This document shows positions 1 to 8,692 of a DNA stretch of 64,000 bases, piece by piece. The DNA comes from Bryobacterales bacterium (GTDB taxonomy: Bacteria > Acidobacteriota > Terriglobia > Bryobacterales > UBA6623), in contig CBDDCH010000002.1 of the NCBI GenBank assembly GCA_965226215.1, forward strand, positions 1,342,282-1,406,281, given 5' to 3'. The notes beneath the pieces were generated by a model. That model did not search any database. It was not told the origin of the DNA and worked only from the letters and a program-made list of their open reading frames with translations. How positions within the stretch are numbered: the stretch's first letter is position 1; each line of letters begins with the position of its first letter. The translations under genes were made by a program, and so were the position numbers.

Positions 1-1951
1 GTCGATGGAATCCGGGACGTCGGGGCGCAATTCCCTGGAATCGATGCGGACACCACGCCGGCATTCACCATCGGGCGAGCTTCTTGGTACGACGGCTACT
101 ACCTGAACGCAGAGATTGACGAAACGGAAATCTATCCCTGGCTACAGAGCACCACCGAGATCGCCGCGCACTTTCAATCCTTCTCGCCTCCGCCTCCGAC
201 CGTCAACATGTCGACTGTCGCGGAATGGGATTTCGAAAGCGGCGCCCAGGACGTTTCTGGCAACGGCCACCACGGCGCCACCACGGGCACACAGCTCATC
301 ACGGCCGTAAGCGGGCAGGGCCGGAGCTTCAACGGTGCAACGGATTCCATCTCGGTCCCCGGCTCAACGGACCTGACGCCGGCTAGCTTTACGCTGCGAA
401 CTTGGGTCAAGTTGCTTTCTTACCCGACGGATTGGGGCGCTGTGGCAGCGAACCACGGAGGCGCAGCCGACGGCTGGTTCGTGGGGATCGATTCCAGCGG
501 GCGAGTCCTGTGCAACATGGGCAGTCTGCCGGATAGCGCGCCGTCCATCACCTCCAACACATCGGTCTCGCTCAATCGTTGGCAGCACCTCACCGTTACC
601 TACGACGGTGTGCGCAGATGGGTCAATCTCTATCTCGACGGTGTTGCTGTCGGACAGGGTTATGTGCCGGGGTTGACCCCGCAGACGTCCGGCGTCCTCA
701 GCATGGGTAAGGCGTCTTGGACGAACGATTTTCACCTCCACATGGACCTCGACGAGATGCTTCTCGTCCCTGGCCGCTGGACCTCAACGCAAGTCCAGGG
801 CGACTTCGCCACCTTCCAAGCGGACCTCGGGCTGCAGCCGGTTGCCGAGTGGCGCCTTAATGAGACAGCCTCGGGACCCGGGACCGTCCTGGCTGATAGC
901 TCCGGGAACGGCCACGATGCGGTCACGGCGGGCCTGGGTACGCAGCCCGTACCTGCCGTTTCAAGCAACGGGCGCAGCTTTGCCGGTAGGCCGGACTATG
1001 CCTACATGAACCCGGCACCCGACCTGAGCACATCCAGCTTCAGCTTCACCACCTGGGTTAAATTGGACACGTACCCAGGTAATTGGGGGGTTATCTACTC
1101 CACCTACGGCGGTGACTACCAAGGATGGTATGTCGGTGTCTATAACGACGGCCGCGTCATACTTTCGGTCTCGGGACTTCCTTCCCACAACCCTTGGCTG
1201 CTTTCGACTAGCAGCCTCGAGGTCGGCCATTGGCACCACCTAGCGGTTACCTTTGACGGCGGCACGCGCCGCAGTCTGATCTACATCGACGGAAGACTCG
1301 ATCGGGGCGCAACATTCCCCGCCTTCACACCGCAGACCGCCGTTTCACCGACTTTCGGACGCGCTTCCTGGTACGACGGCTACTACCTCGAATGCAAACT
1401 CGATGAGGCGCGGCTTTACCCAGGAAATCTCTCAGCAACAGAGATCACCACCCTGATCAGCAGCTTTCCGCCACCCCCGCTGCCGGACCTTCCGGACCCG
1501 GTGGCCTTCTGGAAGTTTGATGACGTGGGAACCGGACCGGGATTGATTCTGGCCGACAGTTCGGGCGGTGGCCACGACGCCGTGACGGAGGGGTTGGGGA
1601 CGACTTCCGTCGGCGGGGTGGCGGGGAGCGCTCGTAGCTTTGACGGTTACCCCGACTACGCTCACGTCACGCCCCACTCCGAGTTGAGCACCGCCGGCTT
1701 CAGCTTCTCTACGTGGGTCAAGCTCGACGACCTGCCCAACAACTGGGGGGGGTTCTATTCGCCAACTACGGCGGTGATTTCCAGGGATGGTACGTGGGTG
1801 TCTTCAACGACGGACGGGTGATCCTCTCCGTCTCGGGTCTGCCATCGTCCAACCCCTGGCTCCTTTCCGCCGGTAGCCTCACGGCCGGTAACTGGCACCA
1901 CGTCGCGGTTACGTTCGATGGCCCGAGTCGCCGCGGGCTGATCTATATCGA
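1..1951 (+). pseudogene. Tandem LamG/concanavalin-A-like lectin repeat protein; 5' end lies outside the window, frameshifted at a G8 tract and 3'-truncated by IS1595
   Basis: Frame 1 is open from base 1, with no stop before the ATG at 208. There are at least four ~170-aa repeats of the type FSF(T/S)TWVKL..(Y/L)P.NWG...(Y)GGD(Y/F)QGWYVGV(Y/F)NDGRVILSVSGLPS.NPWLLS...L..G.WHH(L/V)AVTFDG..RR.LIYIDG. The repeat reading jumps from frame 1 to frame 3 at GGGGGGGG 1745-1752. The last repeat stops at ...LIYIDG, exactly where the IS1595 end begins. Confidence 0.75.
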
Positions 1952-2987
1952 CGGAATGGGGTATCCACTTGACTCAGGTAACCCCAACATCTTGTGGTTG
2001 GGCTCACGGGGCCTCAGCGTCCCAGTCGGCGACGATCGATCGATACGGCGTTGGGTCCACGGCGACTGCCTGCTGCACAAGGCGGTAGAAGAGTTTTCCC
2101 CGGCTGCGTGAGTTGCGCCGGTTGAAGCGGAACACAAACTCGTCGAGGTAGTAGTCCAGATGCTCGTGGCTAACCGCGCCTTGGTGCGTGCCCAGCAGCC
2201 AGCGCTTGAGCAACGAGATCGCTTGGTGCACCCTCGGCAATAATTCCGAGGCCTGCTTGCGGCGGCCCGACAGAAAGACGATGCGATGCTGGTAGCCCTT
2301 CTTCTCCAGCGGCTCGTAGCCCAGCCAGCCGTCGGTGTGCACCACGCTTCCCGGCTCGACCGACTCCTCCACGAAGGGCATCAAACTGGCCGCCGATGCG
2401 TTCCGCACGCGCTGCATGCGGATCCGTCCTAGCCCGCGGCCTCTCTCTTCCGCGGCTACTGCAATCAAGGCTTTACGCTCGGTCTGCCGGCCGCTCACAC
2501 CCTCTTCCTCAGCGCCCCAATAGGTCTCATCGACCTCGACTACGCCCGCCAATCGCTCCCGCCCCGGACGCACCATCGCTCGCCGCAGCTTGTGCATCCA
2601 GGTCCACGCGGTTTGATAGCTGCCCAACCCGAGAACGCGCTGCAGACCCAGCGCGCTGACCCCGTTCTTTTGCGAAGTGACGTGCCAGATCGCCCGGAAC
2701 CACAGCCGCAGCGGCTTACGTGTGTCTTGGAAGATCGTGCCCGAGGTCACCGACGTCTGCCGCCCGCAGCGAGCGCATTCGAACCACACTTTGCGCACCG
2801 GCCAAGCCCGCTCATGCCCGCATCCCGGACAGCGGAAACCCTCCGGCCAGCGCAACGCGGACAGATAGTCGCGACAGGCCTCTTCGCTGGCGAAGCGTAC
2901 CTCGAACTCGAGCAGGTCGCCTGGATAATCCTCCACGAAGGCGCATACTACATCTTGGGGTCACCTGAGTCAAGTGGATACCCCATT
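1952..2987 (-). mobile_element. IS1595-family insertion sequence, copy 1 (no target-site duplication)
   Basis: This 1036-bp block is near-identical to 41229-42264. Terminal inverted repeats are GGGGTATCCACTTGACTCAGGTAACCCCAA (1958-) and its inverse ...TTGGGGTCACCTGAGTCAAGTGGATACCCC (-2984). The flanking 8-mers differ (..TATATCGAC / TTAGATTT..). Boundaries are +/-5 bp. Confidence 0.85.
2004..2936 (-). CDS. IS1595-family transposase (N-terminal zinc ribbon plus DDE domain)
   Basis: 310-aa ORF. The N-terminus has RWPEGFRCPGCGHERAW...FECARCGRQTSVTSGTIFQDTRKPLRLWF, typical of IS1595 transposases. It lies inside the inverted-repeat-bounded element. The second copy differs by 1 aa. Confidence 0.85.
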   Translation of the reverse strand: MEDYPGDLLEFEVRFASEEACRDYLSALRWPEGFRCPGCGHERAWPVRKVWFECARCGRQTSVTSGTIFQDTRKPLRLWFRAIWHVTSQKNGVSALGLQRVLGLGSYQTAWTWMHKLRRAMVRPGRERLAGVVEVDETYWGAEEEGVSGRQTERKALIAVAAEERGRGLGRIRMQRVRNASAASLMPFVEESVEPGSVVHTDGWLGYEPLEKKGYQHRIVFLSGRRKQASELLPRVHQAISLLKRWLLGTHQGAVSHEHLDYYLDEFVFRFNRRNSRSRGKLFYRLVQQAVAVDPTPYRSIVADWDAEAP

Positions 2988-3156
2988 AGATTTATTTTGC
3001 TATTTACCTTTTGACGAATGGCGCTGCAGGCGAAGAGGCTTCCAAGGGGCAGACTGAAAGGGCTTTAATAAGACAATCCGCTAAGAGTTTAATACAGGAG
3101 CCCTAAATACCACGGGAGCTGATGGTGCCAGGCAGTCATAATTGTGTACTTCAAAA

Positions 3157-4534
3157 GGCTCTTCCGGGTTTTCCCGGACAGCGGAAAGAGCGCAGTGCAG
3201 CGCGAAGGACAACTAGAACCACAGATCGTGGGGAAAAGGGAATAGATTTAGTTTTACTCAGGCAACCCCAACAGTGGGCTCAGTAGAGTCGGGCGATCGA
3301 TGAACGGCGTTTCTGTTGATTGCGGAAACCGCGCGCCGTGGCCTTGACCCATTGAATCCTTGAGTTCAACCCCTCGCTGACCGCGTTCGTAATGCGGTGT
3401 TTCAGATACGTGAGTATGTTTTCGAGGCGAGCCGTCAACATCCGCGCTACGGTGACCATCGGCGTCAGCCGGCTGCGACTCGCCCAGCCGCGCCATTGCT
3501 CGAAGAAAGCTCGCGCCGCCGATTCGCGACGATAGTCGAACAGCCGCATCGCCGTTTCCTTCAACGCCCACGCCCGCGCCGTCTTCAAGTCGCTTTCGCG
3601 CAGCGCGCGGAACTCGCGCCAGGCGTCCTCGGAAAAGTTCGCCGGATGCCGCAGCCAAGCGTACTTCGTGCCTGTCAAACGCTCGTCGCCGAGGGCCAGT
3701 AAACGCTTGTTCTCCGCCCGCCGCACCTGGTCCACCGCCTTCGCCAGATGCGCCGCGATGTGATATTTGTCGTAAACGATCTTTTTCTCCGATTCGTCGA
3801 GATGCTCCCGGGTCGAGGCGACGTAAGGATCCCACATGTCCATCGCGACGGCCTCGACTCGGGCGAGTTGCTCTGCGCTCAACGTCTTCCAAAAGCCGTC
3901 CAGGCTGGCCTGGCGGCGTCCCTCGGCGACGAACAACACGCGCGAGCGGTTGAGATCGTTGACGACGGTGAGATAGCGATGGCGCTTGCGGAAGCTCTTC
4001 TCGTCGACGCCCAGGTAGGGAATCGGCTCTGCCGCGCGACGTTCGAGCCCACGTTGCACGGCGCGTTCCAGGATGCCGTGAATCTCGTCCCAGCTCAGCG
4101 CCAGCAACTCGGCGATGCCTTGCTGGCTGGCTTCCTTCAGCCACGAGATCGCGAGAGCTTCAAACAGCGCGGTGAAGCGGCTGGAAGCCTCGGCCCAGGG
4201 CAGTCGCACGACGCGCGGCCCGTGCTCGGAGCAGTCGCTGCGTGGCGGCCGGGCGTGCAGGATCGTGCGGTACTGACAGGTGTCGAGGTGACGCCAGCGG
4301 CGTTCGGGCTGATGATCGTGGAGTGCGCACACGGCGCTGCATTGGCGGCACGGCCAGCGGACTTGCTCGTCGTGTTCGAGGAAGACGTGGACTTCGCCGT
4401 CGGCTCGGCGCAGCTCCACTCGCACGACTTTCCAGGGACTTTCGATGCCCAGAATCTGGCGGTATAGCTCGCGGTCTTGCATCCCGCGAGACTACCACCG
4501 AGCCTCACTCGCCCACTAGAAACCCGGAAGAACC
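3157..4534 (-). mobile_element. ISL3-family insertion sequence, copy 1 (long variant, 1378 bp) with 8-bp TSD CTTCAAAA
   Basis: Ends are GGCTCTTCCGGGTTTT (3157-) and ...CTAGAAACCCGGAAGAACC (-4534), which form the inverted repeat. CTTCAAAA occurs at 3149-3156 and again at 4535-4542. Confidence 0.85.
3280..4482 (-). CDS. ISL3-family transposase (variant C-terminus)
   Basis: 400-aa ORF with a zf-ISL3-like motif (WPCRQCSAVCALHDHQPERRWRHLDTCQY) and an ISL3 DDE region (YLGVDEKSFRKRHRYLTVVNDL). The last ~10 aa differ from copies 2 and 3. Confidence 0.85.
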   Translation of the reverse strand: MQDRELYRQILGIESPWKVVRVELRRADGEVHVFLEHDEQVRWPCRQCSAVCALHDHQPERRWRHLDTCQYRTILHARPPRSDCSEHGPRVVRLPWAEASSRFTALFEALAISWLKEASQQGIAELLALSWDEIHGILERAVQRGLERRAAEPIPYLGVDEKSFRKRHRYLTVVNDLNRSRVLFVAEGRRQASLDGFWKTLSAEQLARVEAVAMDMWDPYVASTREHLDESEKKIVYDKYHIAAHLAKAVDQVRRAENKRLLALGDERLTGTKYAWLRHPANFSEDAWREFRALRESDLKTARAWALKETAMRLFDYRRESAARAFFEQWRGWASRSRLTPMVTVARMLTARLENILTYLKHRITNAVSEGLNSRIQWVKATARGFRNQQKRRSSIARLY

Positions 4535-4729
4535 CTTCAAAAATCCGTGGGCGGAGCCATGCTCGGTGGTGTGTGCGGAAGAGGCCAAGATCGCCGCGAT
4601 CATGAGAATGACACTGGGTGTAGCGTGGACCCGCCAATATAGACGAAGGTATAGGAATGCGGGCGTCTGTGTCAGGGGTCACTTGGCGCTTCGGATTCAA
4701 GATTCTAGCCCTTGGAGGTTGAAGGAGCT

Positions 4730-5242
4730 ATGAGCGAACAGAAATCTTTCTTTTCCACTCTCCCTGGAATCCTTACTGGAATTGCTGGACTCGTTACGGC
4801 TGTAGCTGGTCTGATCTACGCGTTGTCTGAAAGCGGGCTCATTGGGCCTCATGGAACGGACAAAACTCAGCAGGTAGCTTTGGCGCCCATTCAACCCGCA
4901 ACGACCAACCAGCCCGTAGCTATCGCGTCTAAGACGTCTAAAGAGCCAACCACTGATGGCTGGGCCATTATCGGTCACTATAAACGAGGAAAATTCTTCG
5001 ATCTCAAGCTCATGGTCCACGGCGACAGCCCGGCCATCGGGCGAAGCTATGACGTGGTCGACAGCTTCCGGTTGGTTCAAAAGAAAGCCGCGGGAGGTCA
5101 GGCGGTCATTACCCTCGGAGTGGTCCACCGTGGAGACTCGGTCGAGGTGCTTGACATCGAGATCGAGCCCGGTACCCGCAAGGTTCCGGTTTATGCAAAG
5201 CTGCGCGCTGTGGTCCATCACGTCCAGCGGCCTTCGAGATGA
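4730..5242 (+). CDS. Hypothetical N-terminally membrane-anchored protein
   Basis: ATG at 4730 is preceded by GAAGGAG. One hydrophobic helix (LPGILTGIAGLVTAVAGLIYAL) is followed by a Pro/Thr/Gln linker and a ~90-aa C-terminal domain. No family recognised. The local sequence is visibly more AT-rich than its neighbours. Confidence 0.5.
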   Translation: MSEQKSFFSTLPGILTGIAGLVTAVAGLIYALSESGLIGPHGTDKTQQVALAPIQPATTNQPVAIASKTSKEPTTDGWAIIGHYKRGKFFDLKLMVHGDSPAIGRSYDVVDSFRLVQKKAAGGQAVITLGVVHRGDSVEVLDIEIEPGTRKVPVYAKLRAVVHHVQRPSR

Positions 5243-5258
5243 TCATTACGTCTAGTTC

Positions 5259-5690
5259 CTAGGCGTATTCCAGGAGTCGAATCATCGGGAAAGCGCGGTG
5301 AACGGCCAAAAAAAACTTCTCGTCGGCCGTAATGAGATCGCATCGCCGCTCCATTGCCAACGCTAGGTAGAGGCAGTCGTAATAGGTGCAACCATGAGCC
5401 ACAGCTAGTTGCAAAGCGACCTCGGAAACCGTCTCGGATTCCTCGAGGATGGGGAGGTTTCCCAGCACGAAACGGAACGCCGTTGCAGCCCGGTCGCGAT
5501 CGAGGCTGCCTCTTTGAACGTGTTTCCAGAGTGCGTTGCCCACCTCAGCCACGACCAGAGGCGGCGCCAGCAGGTGAGCGTGGGCACTACGATAGTCTTC
5601 CAGCAACCGCAGTGCCGCCGGGCGCCCTCTCTCCTTGAGGACCCATTTGACAACGACGCTAGCGTCCACTACAGAGGTAGTCGCGGTCAT
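5259..5690 (-). CDS. vapC: PIN-domain toxin (VapC family), TA pair 1
   Basis: 143 aa. The N-terminal VVDASVVVKW and the later ...DCLYLALA...LITADEKF are typical of PIN/VapC. It has a 4-nt ATGA overlap with the upstream antitoxin ORF. Confidence 0.8.
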   Translation of the reverse strand: MTATTSVVDASVVVKWVLKERGRPAALRLLEDYRSAHAHLLAPPLVVAEVGNALWKHVQRGSLDRDRAATAFRFVLGNLPILEESETVSEVALQLAVAHGCTYYDCLYLALAMERRCDLITADEKFFLAVHRAFPMIRLLEYA

Positions 5691-5929
5691 CTTTCCCGCC
5701 GGGCCTCGCGGATAAGTTCCGTGCTATCGGTTGTGGAGGGCAATGAATTGACAAATTCCTCGAGATCCCTTCTTCTCCGCCGCATTTCGCTGCGCCTGGC
5801 CTGCTCGGCTGTGGCAAGCTCCAACAGATGGATGGCGTGAGCGTTCAGGCTGCGGCCCTGCTCCTTTGCGTCCTGCTTCAGACTGTGGTGCAGAGACTCA
5901 GGGAGGTTCTTGAGTGTTAGGGTAGGCAT
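5687..5929 (-). CDS. Ribbon-helix-helix (FitA/Arc-like) antitoxin, TA pair 1
   Basis: MPTLTLKNLPESLHHSLKQDAKEQGRSLNAHAIHLLE is an RHH N-terminus. The ATG at 5929 is preferred over the TTG at 5944. A TATAAT box lies about 6 nt upstream of that ATG, so the transcript may be leaderless. Confidence 0.7.
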   Translation of the reverse strand: MPTLTLKNLPESLHHSLKQDAKEQGRSLNAHAIHLLELATAEQARRSEMRRRRRDLEEFVNSLPSTTDSTELIREARRER

Positions 5930-5951
5930 GAATCCATTATACAACCGTTTA

Positions 5952-5970
5952 TGGAATCATTATGATTCCA
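5952..5970. promoter_or_regulatory. Perfect 9-1-9 palindrome TGGAATCAT-T-ATGATTCCA, putative operator of TA pair 1
   Basis: Read directly from the sequence. It lies about 20 bp upstream of the antitoxin start and next to a TATAAT box. TA operons are typically autoregulated through such palindromes. Confidence 0.5.
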
Positions 5971-6084
5971 AACATCCAAATCCAAGACAACACTGAAACC
6001 GGTTCTGCTCTTTCCGTGGTTGTCCTCGCACACCTCATACGGGTGGAATGATGGAAACAACGAATCTTTTCGCGCATCGCGCCC

Positions 6085-6182
6085 TGGACAAGCGGGATCG
6101 CTTGTCCCTACTTGAGTCGTCACAAGCTGCGGCAGTAGGGACCGGCGAGATCGCCGGTCCAGGGGTCCGACATGTCGCCCCC
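6085..6182. repeat. REP-like element with two 9-bp-stem hairpins (family D), copy 1
   Basis: TGGACAAGCGGGATCGCTTGTCCCTACTTGAGTCGTCACAAGCTGCGGCAGTAGGGACCGGCGAGATCGCCGGTCCA recurs at 62169-62246 with 4 differences (3 substitutions plus a 1-nt indel). Hairpins are GGACAAGCG/CGCTTGTCC and GGACCGGCG/CGCCGGTCC, with an alternative GTCCCTAC/GTAGGGAC pairing. Confidence 0.7.
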
Positions 6183-6209
6183 GCCTTGGGGCGAACCCAA
6201 GGCAGCTAC

Positions 6210-6842
6210 TTACGACCCCAAGGGCAAAAAATACTGTGTTCCGCGAACCGGGCGACTTAACTCTTCGAGGAGCTCGTCTAGGTCTGCTTGCTTGTGAACG
6301 AAATCAACTTTCGTGGTATCGACCACCAGCACATCTGAGCCCTTGTAATGCTCAAAAAAGTGCTCGTAGGCCCGGACGACCTCGTGAAGATACTCGTCCG
6401 AAATCCGTGCTTCGGCGGCGACGTTCTTGCGGAGAATCCGGCTTCGAAGGACCTGCGGGGAGGCCTTGAGGTAGACCACCAGGTCAGGCGCTGCCAACTG
6501 CTCCTTGAAGTGGCGATAGTAGCGGTCGTAAACGGACACTTCGGTGTCGTCGAGGTTGATGTACGCAAAAAGCTTGTCTTTTTCGAACAAGAAGTCAGCC
6601 ACGACGGGGGTGTGCGAGTTTTCGGTCCCGGCCTCTTGCAGTTGGCGGAAGCGCGACATCAAGAAATACATTTGTGTCCGAAAGGCGGCCCCTTTTTCTC
6701 CCCGGTAAAATTCTTCAAGAAAGGGGTTCTTTTCGGAGTCGAGCAGGGTGTGCGCACGTAGCCGCTCGGCCAAAGCGAGTGCCAAGCTCGATTTGCCGAC
6801 CCGCAAGGGTCCTTCAATCGCAATGTAGTGTGCTGGACTCAT
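6210..6842 (-). CDS. Deoxynucleoside kinase family protein
   Basis: 210 aa. It has a P-loop (IAIEGPLRVGKSSLA) and the dNK-like pattern ...NPFLEEFY...FRTQMYFLMSRF... Confidence 0.7.
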   Translation of the reverse strand: MSPAHYIAIEGPLRVGKSSLALALAERLRAHTLLDSEKNPFLEEFYRGEKGAAFRTQMYFLMSRFRQLQEAGTENSHTPVVADFLFEKDKLFAYINLDDTEVSVYDRYYRHFKEQLAAPDLVVYLKASPQVLRSRILRKNVAAEARISDEYLHEVVRAYEHFFEHYKGSDVLVVDTTKVDFVHKQADLDELLEELSRPVRGTQYFLPLGS

Positions 6843-6862
6843 GGTTCGGCTGGCTCACCCCT

Positions 6863-7888
6863 TCAAAATTTCAAGTTCGACTGCGGGCCGTGCGGGATCT
6901 CGATCTGGAAGTAATCGAAAGCCAGCCGCGTGCCGACGCGTCCGCGGGGCGTGCGGTCCAGAAACCCCAATTGCATCAGGTACGGCTCGTAGACTTCCTC
7001 GATCGTGTTGGCGTCCTCACCGATCGATGCCGCGATCGTGTTCAGACCCACCGGCCCACCGCTGTATTTACCCAGGATTGTCCGCATCACCTTCTGATCC
7101 ACCTCATCGAGCCCATAGGGGTCGACTTCAAGCAGGTCCAGGGCGATCCGCGCCACTGGTCGCGTAACCCTGCCGTCGACGCGCACCTGCGAATAGTCGC
7201 GCACTCGGCGCAACAGCCGGTTGGCGATACGCGGCGTGCCCCGGCTGCGCTTGGCGATCTCTTCGGCCCCGTCGTTGTCTATTTCCAGTTCCAGAAGTCG
7301 TGCCGAGCGAAAGACGATGGCCTTCAGATCCGCGGCTTCATAAGGATTCAGCCGCAGGGTCAACCCGAAGCGGCTGCGCAGCGGGCCGCTGATCAGGCCG
7401 GCTCGGGTCGTCGCCCCGACGGCGGTAAACGCCGCCAGCGGGATCGAATGGGTTCGCGCCCCGGGGCCGGCTCCAACCATCAAGTCCACCCGGAAGTCTT
7501 CGAGCGCGGAGTAGAGCATCTCTTCCACGTCGGGGAGCAGCCGGTGAATTTCGTCGACAAAGAAGACCTGCTTCGGCTCGAGTGTGGTCAGGGTGCCTGT
7601 CAAGTCCAATTTCTTCTGTAACACGGGCCCCGAGGTGACATCAATCCGGACACCCAACTCGTTGGCGATAATCGTGGCTAGGGTCGTTTTCCCCAGTCCG
7701 GGCGGCCCGTAGACCAGCACGTGATCCATCGCTTCACCTCGCCCCCTGGCCGCTTCAATGGCAATCGTCAGGATCTCTTTGACCTTGGACTGACCCACGA
7801 ATTCGCTCAGCTTCTTCGGCCGAAGGCTGAGGTCGAGTTGGTGGTCTTCCTCCTGCGGCGCGGGGGAGATGACATGATCTTTCGACAT
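6863..7888 (-). CDS. ruvB: Holliday junction branch migration helicase RuvB
   Basis: 341 aa with LRPKKLSEFVGQ, Walker A (GPPGLGKTTLA), FVDEIHRL and a C-terminal ...EPYLMQLGFLDRTPRGR. Confidence 0.95.
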   Translation of the reverse strand: MSKDHVISPAPQEEDHQLDLSLRPKKLSEFVGQSKVKEILTIAIEAARGRGEAMDHVLVYGPPGLGKTTLATIIANELGVRIDVTSGPVLQKKLDLTGTLTTLEPKQVFFVDEIHRLLPDVEEMLYSALEDFRVDLMVGAGPGARTHSIPLAAFTAVGATTRAGLISGPLRSRFGLTLRLNPYEAADLKAIVFRSARLLELEIDNDGAEEIAKRSRGTPRIANRLLRRVRDYSQVRVDGRVTRPVARIALDLLEVDPYGLDEVDQKVMRTILGKYSGGPVGLNTIAASIGEDANTIEEVYEPYLMQLGFLDRTPRGRVGTRLAFDYFQIEIPHGPQSNLKF

Positions 7889-7895
7889 CCTGCAC

Positions 7896-8492
7896 CTAGC
7901 GGCTAATCAACTCCAGCGACCGTCTGAACAGCGGTTCGAAATCGCCGGAATCGCTTTCGTTCAAGGCTTTCCGTACCGCCTTCTCGGCGGCGGGGCGCGC
8001 GCATCCCAGGTTCAGCAAAGCGGAAACGACATCGCGCTCGATCGTTGACACTCCCGACCCCAGCTCGGCACCTTCCTCGCCGTCACCCACCGAAATGAGC
8101 TTTTCGCGTAGCTCGAGAACCATCCGCTCACCCGTCTTGCGACCGACCCCGGGTATGCGCGTCAGTGTCGCCACATCCCCTTCTCGAATGGCCGTCGCGA
8201 GGTCTTCCGCCGGCAGGCCGGAAAGGACGGTCACAGCCAGCCGAGGGCCGATGCCGCTGACCGTGATGAGCTTCTCGAAGATGCTCTTCTCATGACGTGT
8301 CACGAAGCCAAACAAGGCCAACGCGTCTTCGCGAACGTGAGTGTGGGTGTGGAGCGCGACCTCCTCACCGGCGTTTCCGAGTTGTAAATAAGTGGAAACG
8401 GGGATCGTCAGCTCGTACCCCACTCCGTCGACGTCGACGACAACGAGGTTCGGCTGTTTTTCGACCAGTTTCCCCCGTAGATGGGCGATCAT
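7896..8492 (-). CDS. ruvA: Holliday junction DNA-binding protein RuvA
   Basis: 198 aa with MIAHLRGKL...VVVDVDGVGYEL and GFVTRHEKSIFEKLITVSGIGPRLA. It lies directly upstream of ruvB. Confidence 0.95.
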   Translation of the reverse strand: MIAHLRGKLVEKQPNLVVVDVDGVGYELTIPVSTYLQLGNAGEEVALHTHTHVREDALALFGFVTRHEKSIFEKLITVSGIGPRLAVTVLSGLPAEDLATAIREGDVATLTRIPGVGRKTGERMVLELREKLISVGDGEEGAELGSGVSTIERDVVSALLNLGCARPAAEKAVRKALNESDSGDFEPLFRRSLELISR

Positions 8493-8692
8493 CGAGGCCT
8501 GCTCGATTGGGAGGTAACCAGAGCCAAATTATGGCGAACCGCCGGCGATAGTGTCAAGAAAGGCCATGGACCTAGGTGGCATCCTGGGCGTGGAGACCGG
8601 CGTGGGAAACGCTGCCAACAAGAAGTCTCGTCCTCGCGGGAAGTTATCATAGAGGAATTTCGGAGATCCCCCGCGCAAACGGGAATTTGATC

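Noticed and set aside
3254-4467. Long ORFs overlapping the ISL3 transposase genes in other frames or on the opposite strand (3254-4144, 3748-4467; equivalents at 28082-28801, 28405-29466, 46278-47198, 46802-47521)
   Set aside because: Their composition is Arg/Ala/Gly/Pro-rich with no motifs. They are the usual shadow ORFs of a high-GC gene. The ISL3 transposase frame has clear family motifs.
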